This document shows positions 10,028 to 19,505 of a DNA stretch of 64,000 nucleotides, in pieces. A model generated the notes under the pieces. The model saw only the letters and a list, made by a program, of their open reading frames with translations. It had not been told where the DNA came from and searched no databases. Each line of letters starts with the position of its first letter. The stretch's first letter is position 1. The stretch lies in the IMG/VR virus record IMGVR_UViG_3300020595_000014. One strand, given 5' to 3'. Position numbers and translations under genes: made by a program. This stretch comes from an uncultured virus (IMG/VR IMGVR_UViG_3300020595_000014) (taxonomy: Duplodnaviria; Heunggongvirae; Uroviricota; Caudoviricetes).

Positions 10028-10694
10028 TATGTATTGCTTTCCAAATCTTATTATAGGAGCAGTTCTTATGTTGGTTCAACCACGGACCACCATCAGTATA
10101 ATGGAGGGCTTTGGGTTTGAAGCTCTCTGTCTCCGTATAGTAATCAACTAGCCAGTTCCACTCCACAGGTATTGAGCCAATTTCACTATCTTGAAGCCAT
10201 TCGAATCTATGCAAGTGTGCACCTGTATATGTATTTAAAAATATAGGACATAATGCATCGTTTGCTAGATATGAATTGTTAAAAATAATTAAACTACTCC
10301 AATTCTTCCTCGGGTACTTAGATTGTAATTTACCTCCCATCTTAACGTCGCCTTTAGGTTCGTAATCTTTATGCTTACAACACATTACAGCATATCGATC
10401 ATCATATAGATCAATAAGATTATCTATGGACTCCAAGAAGACGAAATCGCTATCCACAAATATACTTACCCCTGTTCGGTTGCTTTCCCATGGAGTCCAG
10501 AAACGAGCGAACGAGAATTGAGTAGATTCTGTTTCATTCCTAGCTCTGTAATAGTCTGAAACAGTATTATAATTAATAGGTTTAATATTAAGCTCATACT
10601 TCTTATTACCTTTTAATATGCTTTCACGACATACATCATATGCTTCGGGATGCGCTTCATCTAACCCGATAAAAATATTAATGCACTCTTTCAT
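10011..10694 (-). CDS. Phage-type glycosyltransferase (GT8-like)
   Basis: STQFSFARF, FVDSDF, YPRKNWSS, WNWLV, LHYTDGGPW. Confidence 0.85.
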   Translation of the reverse strand: MKECINIFIGLDEAHPEAYDVCRESILKGNKKYELNIKPINYNTVSDYYRARNETESTQFSFARFWTPWESNRTGVSIFVDSDFVFLESIDNLIDLYDDRYAVMCCKHKDYEPKGDVKMGGKLQSKYPRKNWSSLIIFNNSYLANDALCPIFLNTYTGAHLHRFEWLQDSEIGSIPVEWNWLVDYYTETESFKPKALHYTDGGPWLNQHKNCSYNKIWKAIHNEISR

Positions 10695-11535
10695 GATATT
10701 CGGTATACACCTCTATTGATTCAGCTCCTCTTAATAATCCACCAACAGAGCAGTTCTTACATGGATCGCAATGCGATCTACTACACATCAGCTTATCTCT
10801 ATGAGCATTCAACTCATCACCAAACCAAATTTTATCAAAACTTACTTCGTTTATATTGCCATATATTTTACTTCTCTTCCAATCATTATTACATAACAAT
10901 ACATCGCCATTCCAATCAATCATGGCTTTATAAAATGGAATATGGCACGGTGTATCGAAATAAGCTGTGGCATCGCCTTTTAGTAATTCTGACCTATTAA
11001 CTATATTCAGATTATAATTATTACTCTTATCGTAGTGATGTCTGAATATGAAATTAATAGGTATATCCTCCTTCATCGCTGTTAGTCTATCAGTTATATC
11101 CTCGTCGTACATACTTACTGCAATGTGAGAGCAACCTGCTGTATGAAGGTTCTCTAAGGTCTCTCTATCTAATAAATCGCCGTTCGTATTAATCTCTAGC
11201 CACTTTAGACCAGGTAGTATATCTCTAGTGACTCGGATACATTCGTATATATCTTCATGTAATAAAGGCTCACCAAAACCAACGAACCCTACTCTATTAT
11301 TAAAATTAATATCTCTTAAGCTGTTACATAGACTCTTAACTGTATCTACACTTATATGGTTATTAGTGTTTGGATATAGTTTAGAATCATGTCTAGGGCA
11401 AAATGAGCACCGCCGGTTACATAGCTCAGTTGGGTTAATCTCAACAGCACGTAGCATAGAGTATATATTACTAGCTTTATCTATATTAGATTGAGCATCC
11501 CTATGATCAGATATATTTAACCCATCCGTAGACAT
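10678..11535 (-). CDS. Radical SAM protein with SPASM domain
   Basis: CNRRCSFCPR, GFGEPLL, NTNG, CHIPF...LLCNNDW...CDPCKNC. Confidence 0.9.
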   Translation of the reverse strand: MSTDGLNISDHRDAQSNIDKASNIYSMLRAVEINPTELCNRRCSFCPRHDSKLYPNTNNHISVDTVKSLCNSLRDINFNNRVGFVGFGEPLLHEDIYECIRVTRDILPGLKWLEINTNGDLLDRETLENLHTAGCSHIAVSMYDEDITDRLTAMKEDIPINFIFRHHYDKSNNYNLNIVNRSELLKGDATAYFDTPCHIPFYKAMIDWNGDVLLCNNDWKRSKIYGNINEVSFDKIWFGDELNAHRDKLMCSRSHCDPCKNCSVGGLLRGAESIEVYTEYHERVH

Positions 11536-12389
11536 TCCTTTAATAATCTTTTATTTGTTAATGCTATCCTCAAGTAATCGCCGCGCGTGGAGAATTTACA
11601 AAATTTACTAAATGTATCGGCATACTTAGTATCCAATAAAACATAATTACCATCAGATTTTATATGATTAAAATTCTGTTGTAAAAAATCCTTACCTTGC
11701 TTCATTCTATCAACAATTAGCGGTATCTGATCAATTTTTTCGTTTAAGATATGATATGCTAAACTTGTAGAGTTATACAGTAAATCACGTTTTCTTAGCT
11801 TATTAATATTTGACTCTGATGATACTGCAAAACCGCACCTAATACCAGGCATACCTAAACTCTTACTAAATGTTCTCAATACTATTAACTTATCACTTAC
11901 ATTAGTTATAAGTGACTCACCACCAAACTCAATGTACGCTTCATCTAGGATAGTTAACTTACTACGTTTAATGATCGCGAGTAGGTCTTCTCTTTTAAAA
12001 CTGTGACCGTTATTACCGTTCGGGTTTGCTATATAAATAATACCATTGGTGGGGAGTGATGATAGTTGTACTTCGTTAAATGTAGTGTAATGTAACGGTC
12101 TGTATGATATGCCTTTATTACGAGCGTATACCATCGCACCTCTAAACGTCGGTTCAACAACATATAAGTGATCTACTTCTGGTAAATCTATAATTCTCTT
12201 CAATACATCTCCAGACCCAAAACCTATCGATAAATTTTTCTTATCAATATTATAGTAGCTAGATATAATATCTATAACACCATCATCCCTCAGCAGTTCA
12301 TTACTACCAATATTAAGGCTACTCAAACATATTTGAAGTTGACCTAAAAAAATCTCATCATAGTGTATGTTCTTAGATAGATCAATCAT
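11517..12389 (-). CDS. Class I/II PLP enzyme (HisC/CobD-like aminotransferase or decarboxylase)
   Basis: NPNGNNG, LDEAY, RTFSKSLGMPGIRCG; start taken at MIDLSKN. Confidence 0.85.
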   Translation of the reverse strand: MIDLSKNIHYDEIFLGQLQICLSSLNIGSNELLRDDGVIDIISSYYNIDKKNLSIGFGSGDVLKRIIDLPEVDHLYVVEPTFRGAMVYARNKGISYRPLHYTTFNEVQLSSLPTNGIIYIANPNGNNGHSFKREDLLAIIKRSKLTILDEAYIEFGGESLITNVSDKLIVLRTFSKSLGMPGIRCGFAVSSESNINKLRKRDLLYNSTSLAYHILNEKIDQIPLIVDRMKQGKDFLQQNFNHIKSDGNYVLLDTKYADTFSKFCKFSTRGDYLRIALTNKRLLKECLRMG

Positions 12390-13272
12390 AAAGCTTCCAT
12401 TCGATCTGTTTTTCGAGTGCTGCGAAAACATTTACTCCCGTTTTTGGATCAATAATAAACTGTGGCGCTGGTAGTAATAGCGGTGGCCATGCTTCGAGCA
12501 GGTCTTTATATGTTGTGCACTCATCTAGGTCATCTCTAAACTCCTCGGGAATCTCATCAAGTAAGTTTTTTATAATTTCAATCTCTTCTAAATCGTATTC
12601 ATATGTATCTGCTTTACCGTCTAGTGAGGCAGCCTCATTATCGAGCTGAGCCTTAGCTTTTTCAACATGACTCTTAATTACAAATAACCACTGATCTTTT
12701 GCTCTCTCAAAATCCTGCATATCCATCGGCCCTCTTAGGAGCTTATAGGGTGTGCTTTTGAGTAGCATACACAACTTGATCAGGTATGCATGCCTACCTG
12801 GCTCGAACTCCGCAAATCGGTGTGTATTAATAAGATTTATATAGCACATTGTATCTTCTTCTGTAAATACCATATTATACTCAGCACTTAATTCAGTTTG
12901 TATATCTATAATGACCTGACGTCGCTTATTGTGTATATTAATAATTTCTTTATTATGCTCATCTATGATCTGCTGATCCGTGATGTTTAGAAGCTCAGCG
13001 ACATCATCACCAGGTAATAGGTGCAAATTATGGAAGGTGAAACTAATATCACCTTCCGCAGTAGGCAGGCGTAATATTTTTTTCCTAAACAAATCCCAAA
13101 AGACAAATTCCTTGAGTTCTGTAATGCTGTGTACTTCAGACACCACCTCCTCCGGAGCTATATCAGGTGATGTTGTTACTAGCGCGTATAACCGTTCTCC
13201 GGAATCATCCGTGTAATTTATAGTATATAAAAAGCGCTTGCTTACTTCCTGTAATACATATTCAAAGTGCAT
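12382..13272 (-). CDS. Hypothetical protein, first gene of the cluster; possible tail-fibre assembly-like C-terminus
   Basis: TAAATA 5 nt upstream; C-terminal LDEIP...KDLLEAWPPLLLPAP. Confidence 0.55.
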   Translation of the reverse strand: MHFEYVLQEVSKRFLYTINYTDDSGERLYALVTTSPDIAPEEVVSEVHSITELKEFVFWDLFRKKILRLPTAEGDISFTFHNLHLLPGDDVAELLNITDQQIIDEHNKEIINIHNKRRQVIIDIQTELSAEYNMVFTEEDTMCYINLINTHRFAEFEPGRHAYLIKLCMLLKSTPYKLLRGPMDMQDFERAKDQWLFVIKSHVEKAKAQLDNEAASLDGKADTYEYDLEEIEIIKNLLDEIPEEFRDDLDECTTYKDLLEAWPPLLLPAPQFIIDPKTGVNVFAALEKQIEWKLYD

Positions 13273-13320
13273 ACGGTTATTTAGTACTGTCGCTTAAAAC
13301 ATCAACATAAAGCCACTTCA

Positions 13321-13905
13321 CTAGACGCTAAGATTATCTTGATTCTGCACGCACCCGTATAGATTCTGACCACCAGCATAAGTAACGCGAGCAGTTTGTC
13401 TAATATTTGCACCTAATGTATTATCTTTCAGCTCGACACAATAGTCTCTAAATCCACCACTTGCAGTACCTCCAGCTCCTGTACCACCGCCCTCTAAACC
13501 GGTCCACGTTTTAACATTATTGTTTGTACATATTTGAAACGGACCAGAGCCGTTGATCCGGTAACCATAATACCTATTACCACCGTCTGTGTTGATAGTA
13601 TCAGGTCTAATACACGCCTGAATCCGACCATCATTGATGGTACCATATGTACCTCCGTTACTTTCAGGGAATGTACGAATACAAGCTGTCAGTACTTGAG
13701 CACCTCTAAATTCAGAAAAATACAGACCGTTATCTTCTCCATTAAACCCGCGCATGGCAGCCCGATTTCTATAGAAGTTTTGACTACCGGTAGCGTAAGT
13801 ATTTGGATTTTCGACAATACGGGATTGCTGATTAGTCTTGCACCTTCTTACCGAATTGATGCACGATATACTTACTTGGCCTGCTCTTGGTACAACTCCA
13901 CTCAT
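13321..13905 (-). CDS. Putative virion/tail-associated protein
   Basis: Gly/Asn/Thr-rich, late-promoter motif, FSEFRGA motif reminiscent of phage fibre-associated proteins. Confidence 0.45.
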   Translation of the reverse strand: MSGVVPRAGQVSISCINSVRRCKTNQQSRIVENPNTYATGSQNFYRNRAAMRGFNGEDNGLYFSEFRGAQVLTACIRTFPESNGGTYGTINDGRIQACIRPDTINTDGGNRYYGYRINGSGPFQICTNNNVKTWTGLEGGGTGAGGTASGGFRDYCVELKDNTLGANIRQTARVTYAGGQNLYGCVQNQDNLSV

Positions 13906-13943
13906 AAGATTATTTATTTACTTCTTTCTTTTTCACAACTAAC

Positions 13944-14831
13944 CTAATTATCTACTAAGATTATATTAAACGTAGTGTTGACAGGTATGCCAGTTGCGCC
14001 GTTATATGCTCTGATTTCGATATCGGTTTTCTCCTCTAGAGGTAGTGGTACTTTATAATCTTTTATTGTATTACCGATAAAGAAGACATTATCTAATATA
14101 GATGTAGTACCATTCCCGTTAATTGGTCTTACATAAATAAAGGCATTTACCCCTTCATTATATCGGCTACATCCCATGGTCCACTGCGTTAAATACCCCG
14201 TCTTACCTGCAGGTATAGTGTATACTCCTGTCTGTGATTGACCAAAACCTTCTTCATTGGCACCGGTACCATGCGTGCCTATTGTAACTACCGTTATACC
14301 ACCTGATTTCATCGTTATAACACTATCATTGGTACCAGTTGAACCTGCTTTAGTTACTCTAGCTCTGTAGAGTCTTAAAAAGTTTTGAGTAGATACAGGA
14401 CCACCATTCCGGCCATCAGTCGCATTAGTTGAAATCAGCTCAGTTATAGTTTCATAATTCTCATCAAGACCTAAAATTTCTATCTCACGTGCTCCTGTAC
14501 CCGCTTGATTATCTGTAGCATCTGTACTTACCGCTGAAATTGGACCAGCAGTAGTTAAAAAGGTATATAGACCACCTGTCTCCCATATAGTTTCTAAGTT
14601 ATTCCCAAGTTCTAAATTAGCACCAAATTTTTCAACATAATCAGTACCTGATTGACCACCGATATCTAACCCGAGCGGGTCGATTTGCTGTACTAAAATT
14701 GCAGACTTATTAAAAACATCTTGACCCGATCCACCAGTTACTGCTGGGTAGCGAGTATCATTTTCAATCTCAACATACTTCATGTAGTTGAGAGTATTTT
14801 CTGGGGTATTTATGGTTGTCTTAATACTCAT
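13944..14831 (-). CDS. Putative virion structural protein
   Basis: Gly/Thr-rich beta-type composition; VEKFG.N, GTGAR, YTIPAGKTGY, EKTDIEIRA; late motif upstream. Confidence 0.5.
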   Translation of the reverse strand: MSIKTTINTPENTLNYMKYVEIENDTRYPAVTGGSGQDVFNKSAILVQQIDPLGLDIGGQSGTDYVEKFGANLELGNNLETIWETGGLYTFLTTAGPISAVSTDATDNQAGTGAREIEILGLDENYETITELISTNATDGRNGGPVSTQNFLRLYRARVTKAGSTGTNDSVITMKSGGITVVTIGTHGTGANEEGFGQSQTGVYTIPAGKTGYLTQWTMGCSRYNEGVNAFIYVRPINGNGTTSILDNVFFIGNTIKDYKVPLPLEEKTDIEIRAYNGATGIPVNTTFNIILVDN

Positions 14832-14865
14832 CGTATAATTATTTAATATATAGCTTTATACTCTA

Positions 14866-15291
14866 TTACCACTTCTTACATGACCAGTAACCTGCAGTGG
14901 TTCTATCTTTTTTTTGATCACACTTGTGTCTAGCTCTAAAAGATTTACGAGCCTTTGGATTACTCTTACGAATCTTCATTGTCTTCTCACCTCTCTTCTT
15001 AGCAGACGTACCACCATGTCCGAAATTAACCTTCTTAACGTTACCAGTCTTAGGATCCTTTACATATACCTTAAACTTCTTAACATCACCTCTGGTGGGC
15101 TTATTAAGAGTTACCTTCCTGCCTCTATACTCAGCATCTTCTTCAGGTACTTCTTCACCTTCAGTTTTTTTCTTGCATGAGCCTTGCTTACTACGCGGAA
15201 TACCCGGAACCTTTTCATACCCGTCCCAACACTTCTTTGCATCCTCTTGTAAGGATTCCATGAGCTGGTTATATAACTTATCAAATTCCAT
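14866..15291 (-). CDS. Conserved T4-like phage hypothetical protein
   Basis: KKCWDGY, AEYRGRKVTLNKP, VKKVNFG, RKSFRARHKC, AGYWSC motifs familiar from marine T4-like phages. Confidence 0.7.
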   Translation of the reverse strand: MEFDKLYNQLMESLQEDAKKCWDGYEKVPGIPRSKQGSCKKKTEGEEVPEEDAEYRGRKVTLNKPTRGDVKKFKVYVKDPKTGNVKKVNFGHGGTSAKKRGEKTMKIRKSNPKARKSFRARHKCDQKKDRTTAGYWSCKKW

Positions 15292-15310
15292 ATAATTATT
15301 TAATACATAG

Positions 15311-15318
15311 TATAAATA
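15311..15318 (+). promoter_or_regulatory. T4-type late promoter TATAAATA
   Basis: Exact T4 late consensus 5 nt before ATG 15324; divergent TAAATA on minus strand at 15297-15302. Confidence 0.8.
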
Positions 15319-15323
15319 TTATT

Positions 15324-15983
15324 ATGGCTAAGGTAGAATCTGAACTCATATATGAGGCGTACATGGAAGCAAAAGAAGCTCCAAAAGGTAAACACTATAC
15401 AAAGGGCGGTCATCTCCGTAAAGGAGATGCAGATTCAGATGGTAGAGGTGGTCCGAAGTTTAGATCAGACCCGACTTATGTCAATCCTAATGATGAAGAG
15501 ATTCCTGAAGAGGACGATCTTGGTTTAGGTCACGGTACACCCTCTATGATTAGAGTAACATCAATTGGTAGTACTACGCCCCATTCACGGGTACGTCATA
15601 TACCAAATGTTCGTGGTGTTGCTGAAGATGAGACAGTATATATACAAGCTGGTGAGATAGATGATGACTGTGATCACGACCACGACCAGGACGATTATGA
15701 TGGTGAGGTTGATATGGCGAGAGCTGACCTACTTAAAGCCGCTGAATATTCATCGAAATTATTCGACCATATAGCCAATGTAGACTCTCTAGATGGTTGG
15801 GTTGCAGCAAAAATTACAAAGGCATCAGATTATCTCTCTTCAGTATTCCACCACCTCGATTATCAGGATAATCATGAGCAAGTAGAAGATGCAGAGGATG
15901 AAGATGGAGGTATCAGGACTTTGAAGTTCGATGATATCAGTGAAGACCCCGCCGCTAGAGATACAGGATTCGAAGGAGCTTAG
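15324..15983 (+). CDS. Acidic hypothetical protein, putative head-internal
   Basis: LIYEAY N-terminus, acidic linkers, WVAAKITKASDYL module. Confidence 0.6.
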   Translation: MAKVESELIYEAYMEAKEAPKGKHYTKGGHLRKGDADSDGRGGPKFRSDPTYVNPNDEEIPEEDDLGLGHGTPSMIRVTSIGSTTPHSRVRHIPNVRGVAEDETVYIQAGEIDDDCDHDHDQDDYDGEVDMARADLLKAAEYSSKLFDHIANVDSLDGWVAAKITKASDYLSSVFHHLDYQDNHEQVEDAEDEDGGIRTLKFDDISEDPAARDTGFEGA

Positions 15984-15987
15984 TTAT

Positions 15988-16299
15988 ATGATAAAATTTA
16001 AACAATATTTTGAAGAGAGCAGTGCTGTTATTTATGATGATGTTCTCGCGAATAATATCGGAGAAGAACTAGACCTTACAATTTCCGATGTTTACCAAAC
16101 TCAAAGATCACCTGGTAGATTTGGTAAAGTATGGGTTATGACTTTTAAGGGTCACGATGCTAAAACCAAATGGGGAATGAAAGATGAGTTTGGTTTTGAT
16201 CCTAAGCTCAGTAAAGACTTCAAGCCCGGTGATGAAGTCAAAGTAGTGTTAAGTAATACACCATATTACGCAAACATTGCTTCAATAGAAAAAATTTAA
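15988..16299 (+). CDS. Small protein with capsid-targeting-like N-terminus
   Basis: Starts MIKFKQYFEE, resembling T4 internal-protein leader MKTYQEFIAE. Confidence 0.55.
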   Translation: MIKFKQYFEESSAVIYDDVLANNIGEELDLTISDVYQTQRSPGRFGKVWVMTFKGHDAKTKWGMKDEFGFDPKLSKDFKPGDEVKVVLSNTPYYANIASIEKI

Positions 16300-18116
16300 A
16301 CTAGCTTATTATCAAAGATATTCTTTATCTTCCGGTCCTTAGAACCGTATAAACTATGGATAAGATCTTCTCTTTGACTATCATCAGCATTCTTATACAT
16401 ATCTCTGATTTCTGAAGCACTTCTTACGCTTCTATCGTTAATCTTGAAGTCCATAGTCGGTAGTACATCAACATAGCCGTGCTTTGACATATACTCACTC
16501 TCACCTACACTCTCAAAAGGTTGAAAGTAGCTAGGTGTACCGTCTCGCTTAGTGCCAAATTTGAATCTAGCTGATGAACCCTCCATATCTTTCTGAGATA
16601 CTACGTAGATGATTTTAGTATTATCTCCATCATATCTTTCAGTTATCTCTTTAGCAATATAAGGAGATGCTACTTGAACGATCTTATCAGCATCGACACC
16701 AGCTGATATCATCATCTCTTTCTTTTCGTCAAACGTAAATGGTGATGTATCTTCATCAGTTTTACCAGAAGTAGTAATATATACGTCGGCATAAGGAAAT
16801 TTTTGCGTCAATTTATTGTATATTGATGAATGACCCTTATGAAACGGATGAAATCTACCGGGGTATATAACAACAACGCGCTCATTGTCAGGCTCTTCAA
16901 ACTCTCTTAGCATTATACTGTTGTAGACAGCATCAAAGCTCTCACCTATTGCATCAACACTTTGTTTAAAGCGACCTCTACCGAAGAAATCTCCTCTGAC
17001 TGGTGGTTCCGTGACGTAATTAGAATAGTAAGGCGTCACTTCTTCATCTTCTTTTCTAAACTGTGATGACATACCGCCAATAATGAATTCACCGGTAACC
17101 TTGACTGGTGAGCTATGAAATTTTGGGTCTCTTATAACAATACCTTCGTGGTACTTAACGTCACCCATGTCGGATGTTAAGGTTGTTAGCAGCTCGTCAC
17201 CTAAAAGTCTAGTAGCGTGGTATATTGCCGCTCCATCAATAGCCTTTTGGTGATCAGCTTCATCTTTTATAAATGTATCGAGTGGTACACCGTTAAGAAT
17301 CTGTAGATAGACGAACTTACTAAGAGCTCCTACCTTTTTACCATCCTGTAATGTGATCTTATCCCCGAATGGGTTATTAGCATCATTTAAATAATCGCGC
17401 AAGGGCTTTGAAATTCTTTCTGTACCTACATTAACGTTAAAGTTCTTACTAAGCACGTGTGCGTAGTTAGGCTGCTTAGTTAAAGTGGCAGGTACACTAC
17501 CATATACTTTAAAATTATATTCTGCTGCAGTCTTATCAAGCTTTTCAATAAGTGAATCAAGTACCTTTGGATTGTACTCAACCTCTTTACTGGCTCTTCT
17601 CTTAGGAGTCGCTTGATAGAACTCGTTAATACCATGGATCGCGAGGAAATCATTATCATACTGTAGTACATTAGTAGTACCTTGCACGAACTCTGTATTA
17701 AAAAATCTATTTGCATTATCCCACATACCTAATTGCTTGAGTTCGGGTGTAATTTCATCTATAGACTCATTCATAATGGTCAATAGTGTACGGCCTGCAT
17801 TAACCATTCCATGTCCCTCGCCGAATCTAGCTACAAGCTTATCGATTGTGATACCTTCAAGGTCTAGAGGCTTCATACTACCTCTGTCGAGTGCGAATTC
17901 CTTACCTTCAGGTGTATCAATGAGTCTAAAACTAGCATTCACACCGTCAATCTTAACAGAAGGTGGGTTTGTCTTAATAGAACTAACAGCTCTATCGAAG
18001 AAGCTCACTAAATCCTTACCTGTCTTAACTTGAGGTAGGTCAAATGGATGAGCCATATGACCTGCGGCACCACCTTCATTTAGGATAGTGTTATAGTATT
18101 GCTTGAATGTTTTCAT
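16296..18116 (-). CDS. Fusion of N-terminal ligase-like (KxDG) domain and C-terminal HIGH-type (cytidylyltransferase/NMNAT-like) nucleotidyltransferase
   Basis: SVKIDG, EGIVIRD, VKVTG; YPGRFHPFHKGH, SPF, SASEIR. Confidence 0.7.
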   Translation of the reverse strand: MKTFKQYYNTILNEGGAAGHMAHPFDLPQVKTGKDLVSFFDRAVSSIKTNPPSVKIDGVNASFRLIDTPEGKEFALDRGSMKPLDLEGITIDKLVARFGEGHGMVNAGRTLLTIMNESIDEITPELKQLGMWDNANRFFNTEFVQGTTNVLQYDNDFLAIHGINEFYQATPKRRASKEVEYNPKVLDSLIEKLDKTAAEYNFKVYGSVPATLTKQPNYAHVLSKNFNVNVGTERISKPLRDYLNDANNPFGDKITLQDGKKVGALSKFVYLQILNGVPLDTFIKDEADHQKAIDGAAIYHATRLLGDELLTTLTSDMGDVKYHEGIVIRDPKFHSSPVKVTGEFIIGGMSSQFRKEDEEVTPYYSNYVTEPPVRGDFFGRGRFKQSVDAIGESFDAVYNSIMLREFEEPDNERVVVIYPGRFHPFHKGHSSIYNKLTQKFPYADVYITTSGKTDEDTSPFTFDEKKEMMISAGVDADKIVQVASPYIAKEITERYDGDNTKIIYVVSQKDMEGSSARFKFGTKRDGTPSYFQPFESVGESEYMSKHGYVDVLPTMDFKINDRSVRSASEIRDMYKNADDSQREDLIHSLYGSKDRKIKNIFDNKLV

Positions 18117-19165
18117 TTTGGTTGAGTTCTATCTAGTGACCAACCGGAACCATCCCGGTTAACACCAAATTTATAGAATGTGTCTCTTGTAATTAGCTTA
18201 TGCAGCCCTACTAGATTATTGATACTCTTCATATTTACTGGCTTGAAGAGTATTCTACCATCTTTTTGTGTGGAGAAGGACATAAAGATGTCAAATCCCT
18301 GTACTTGCTTATATGCATATAATTGAGCTAAACCCCCTATATAGACGAGCTCGTTACCTGGTCTCATCTTTCCGCGTTCTCTGAAGTAGGCATGCTCTTC
18401 AATCATTGATTCTTTAAATAATGCTACCATTTCGCGAATCAATGATTTATGTGGCGCAGTTTGTGATAGTTTAGCAATATATTCAGTAATATTATCTAAT
18501 AATTCATCTTCATCTTTATAATCTTTCTGCAGGTCGCTAAAATCATTAACTATTTTTGGTGTCTTAAAAATACGACCACCTGGCCCTTTAAGTTCAATTT
18601 CAACTCCGCCTACACTCAAATCACCTTTCTTAGGCTTACTGCCATTTGCAAAATAAGCTAAGTATAATTCACCTGCGCCCGGGCTGCCAAAAACTGGAGC
18701 TTGTGGCATACTGGTAAATGCAGATTCATAGTATTTGTTTACTACATCTGCAGCAGGCCAGTTGGCTTTTATAAAATCAGTTAGGTAAAACGGTGTACTC
18801 TGCTCAACTAGAGATAGTAAATAGTCTTCACTACTATCAAAATTATCAGCTGACATATCGAAAGCACCTTCTAACATATAATTTTGCCATATGTCAGCAT
18901 TGTTATCAATATTACCGTTACATTTATCTAAACGCTGCTCTACTACCTTACGTAAGCTAACATTTTCATGCGAACCTAGCTCAACTCTATTTTTGAGAAC
19001 ACTATCATAGTACTCTCTACTCACGTCGCCTATATGCTCTGTTTTATCGTTTTCTTTAGCGTATATTGAGACGTCCTCACCGACTAGTTGTTGCCGTGTT
19101 AGTTTAGTAACATTCTTTAAGGCAGCCTCTTGTAAGTATACTTGTGTTAATGATTTCCAGCTCAT
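18113..19165 (-). CDS. Hypothetical protein with possible PD-(D/E)xK nuclease motif
   Basis: GAGE...KGDL...EIELKG. Confidence 0.5.
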   Translation of the reverse strand: MSWKSLTQVYLQEAALKNVTKLTRQQLVGEDVSIYAKENDKTEHIGDVSREYYDSVLKNRVELGSHENVSLRKVVEQRLDKCNGNIDNNADIWQNYMLEGAFDMSADNFDSSEDYLLSLVEQSTPFYLTDFIKANWPAADVVNKYYESAFTSMPQAPVFGSPGAGELYLAYFANGSKPKKGDLSVGGVEIELKGPGGRIFKTPKIVNDFSDLQKDYKDEDELLDNITEYIAKLSQTAPHKSLIREMVALFKESMIEEHAYFRERGKMRPGNELVYIGGLAQLYAYKQVQGFDIFMSFSTQKDGRILFKPVNMKSINNLVGLHKLITRDTFYKFGVNRDGSGWSLDRTQPK

Positions 19166-19167
19166 AT

Positions 19168-19503
19168 TTAAATTTCTATATCGATTTCAGTTGAGTAACT
19201 CTTTATAATTCTAAGGATATCTCCTAGCACCTGCTTAGCATTTTCTTCGTTAACCTCCGCTAAGCTATTAATATTGTCAATATCCTCAGGGTCAAGATCT
19301 ACAACTAGAGCCTTCTTTAGTAATCTAACGTACATTACCTCGCTCTCTGGAGATAACGTACCAACCTCAGCTTCTACTTCAGGAGCATCATCAATCTCTT
19401 GAGGCGTTACATCATTGACATCAGCAACACCTGGAGGAGGTGGTGCTTGATCTTCTTCATTGATCAAATCGAGTTCGTATATTCTTCTTAAAAACTTATT
19501 CAT
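19168..19503 (-). CDS. Acidic hypothetical protein
   Basis: ORF in tight operon; LINEE near N-terminus. Confidence 0.6.
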   Translation of the reverse strand: MNKFLRRIYELDLINEEDQAPPPPGVADVNDVTPQEIDDAPEVEAEVGTLSPESEVMYVRLLKKALVVDLDPEDIDNINSLAEVNEENAKQVLGDILRIIKSYSTEIDIEI

Positions 19504-19505
19504 AA

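Noticed and set aside
11517..12389. Assigning hisC
   Set aside because: The fold is clear but no histidine pathway context exists; substrate unknown
1..13272. Sugar cluster as host chromosomal LPS/capsule DNA or a chimeric join
   Set aside because: It is headed by the phage late motif, has a paralog inside the replication core and shows the same compact gene style
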